From Mobula hypostoma (Eukaryota), in the NCBI RefSeq assembly GCF_963921235.1, contig NC_086107.1, forward strand, positions 106,766,001 through 106,830,000: DNA of 64,000 nt, written 5' to 3'. The translations under genes and the position numbers were made by a program. This document shows positions 62,518-64,000 of this stretch, in pieces (the first letter of the stretch is position 1; every line of letters starts with the position of its first letter). The notes under the pieces are model-generated. The model searched no databases and was not told where the DNA came from. It saw only the letters and a list, made by a program, of their open reading frames with translations.

Positions 62518-63349
62518 CACCTGCTGCTGTGTCCAGAAATTGTTACCCAGGATTTTCTGCTTTCTGGATATGGATTTGAACTATAGACTTTTTTTTTATT
62601 GGTCTTACAGATTTTTTCATATTCTGTGTTGTCCCCCAATCTTTCTTGTCTGTTTTTTGTGTTCAGGGGCGGGGGATTTGGGGGTTAATGTGCCTGTCCG
62701 TTTTAGTTAGTTTTTTTGTGCGGGAAAGAAGGAATTGGTGGGGTGGGTTGATGAAGATGGTGCTGCCGTTCTTTTCCTTCTCAGTTTCATGGCTATCTGG
62801 AGAAGAAGAATTTCAGAGTTGTATTTTTGATAATAAGTGAACCCTTGAACCTTTGAACCTCAAAAGTATGAGAAACAAACCGGCTGATAGATTGGAGCGT
62901 GCCATTGAATATCAAGGGCTAACGTATAAGGAATGAACGTCAGAGTCATAGCAGCTTATACATTCCTTTCTGGCTCAAAAGTGCAGCAGAAAAAGTGAAC
63001 ATCAGTGAGAGCGAACCTTCGAGAAATTCAGCTGCTTGGTCTAATTTTGGAACCAAAGCTGTTAGGAGTTCTGGGGCTGCGATGTCCCTGTAAAAAGCCA
63101 CAAAAAAAAACCTGAATCAGATGAAATCTGAGTGAACATCAATTTCAGGATCGGAATCAGATTTAATATCACTGGCATATGTCGTGAAATATGTTGTTAT
63201 GTAGCAGCAGTACAATGCAATACATAATTAAACTGTAGATTACAGTAAAAAGTATATATAGTTAAATAAGCAGTGGAAAAAGGGAACAAGAAAGCAGTGA
63301 AGTAGTGTTCATAGGTCAATGTCCATTCAGAAATCTGATGACAGTTTGG

Positions 63350-63780
63350 AATTTCTCGTAATTCACCCCCCCCCCCCCAATCTTCTTCCATTCCCCACTC
63401 TGGCCCCCCTCTTACCTCTTCTCTTCTTCTCACCTCCGCTTGGTAACCCTCCTCCTTCCCTTTCTCCCACTCTCCTCTCCTGTCAGATTCTTTCTTCTTC
63501 AGCCCTTTACCTTTTCCACACCTATCACCTCCCAGCTTCTCACTTCATTCTGCCCCCCCCCCACATCTCCACCCACCTATCTTCCCCCTCACATGGCTTC
63601 ACTTATCACCTTCTAGCTTGTAACTCCTTTCCCTCTCCCTACCTTCTTATTCTGGCTTCTTCCCCCCTCCTTTCCAGTCCTGATGAAGGGTCTCGGCAAA
63701 AGCTGTTTATTCCTCTCCACAGACCTGCTGAGTTCCTGCAGCGTTTTGCGTGTGTCACTCTAGATCTCCAGCATCTGTAG
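63350..63780 (+). mobile_element. Penelope-like 3' UTR / terminal repeat fragment, hammerhead degenerate
   Basis: Pyrimidine-rich UTR, then CAGTCCTGATGAAGGGTCTCGGC with the GAAAC half damaged, then the same tail (CCAGCATCTG). Confidence 0.65.
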
Positions 63781-64000
63781 AAAAATAAAAGGGATGCAGC
63801 CACGGCTAACAGGAGATGTTATAGGCAGTAGCATGTGCAAAGGCTGCCAATAAAAAATAGCAAGCCTGGGGATTGGAAGCAGCTTAAGATTCAATAAAAC
63901 GGCTAAGAGATTGACTAAAGGAGCGAAAATAAGGTACAAGAGTTAACCTGCAAGAAATACAGCTGTTTGGTCTATGTTCGGACCAAAGCTGTAATGAGTT

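Overview
Repeat-dense vertebrate genomic DNA. The repeat landscape (HER1/CR1-type LINE pieces, V-domain tRNA SINEs, Rex1/Babar pieces, Penelope-like elements, Tc1 relics) suggests a cartilaginous fish; this is an inference. The only host coding sequence I can support is coding exon 1 of a synaptogyrin, most likely SYNGR1, on the minus strand (37577..37476). It has a CpG-rich 5' region, an AT-rich repeat-free upstream block, and a ~1.6 kb minisatellite just inside intron 1. I could not find exon 2, so 1..37475 is probably all intron 1 and 38-64 kb is upstream intergenic DNA. Nearly all ORFs in the track are chance frames or broken transposon frames. The most interesting signals are self-cleaving-RNA folds inside retroelements. 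(i) A TSD-flanked 539-bp RTE-type non-coding element begins exactly at the first base of an HDV-like double pseudoknot that has an unusually enlarged L3 loop. (ii) Many Penelope-like terminal repeats carry minimal, dimer-type hammerhead motifs and occur as 90-200 bp TSD-flanked insertions and fold-back palindromes whose junctions fall in the hammerhead. All structures were paired by eye and none was tested. Repeat family names come from recognising motifs, not from a database search, and most repeat boundaries without TSDs are approximate.
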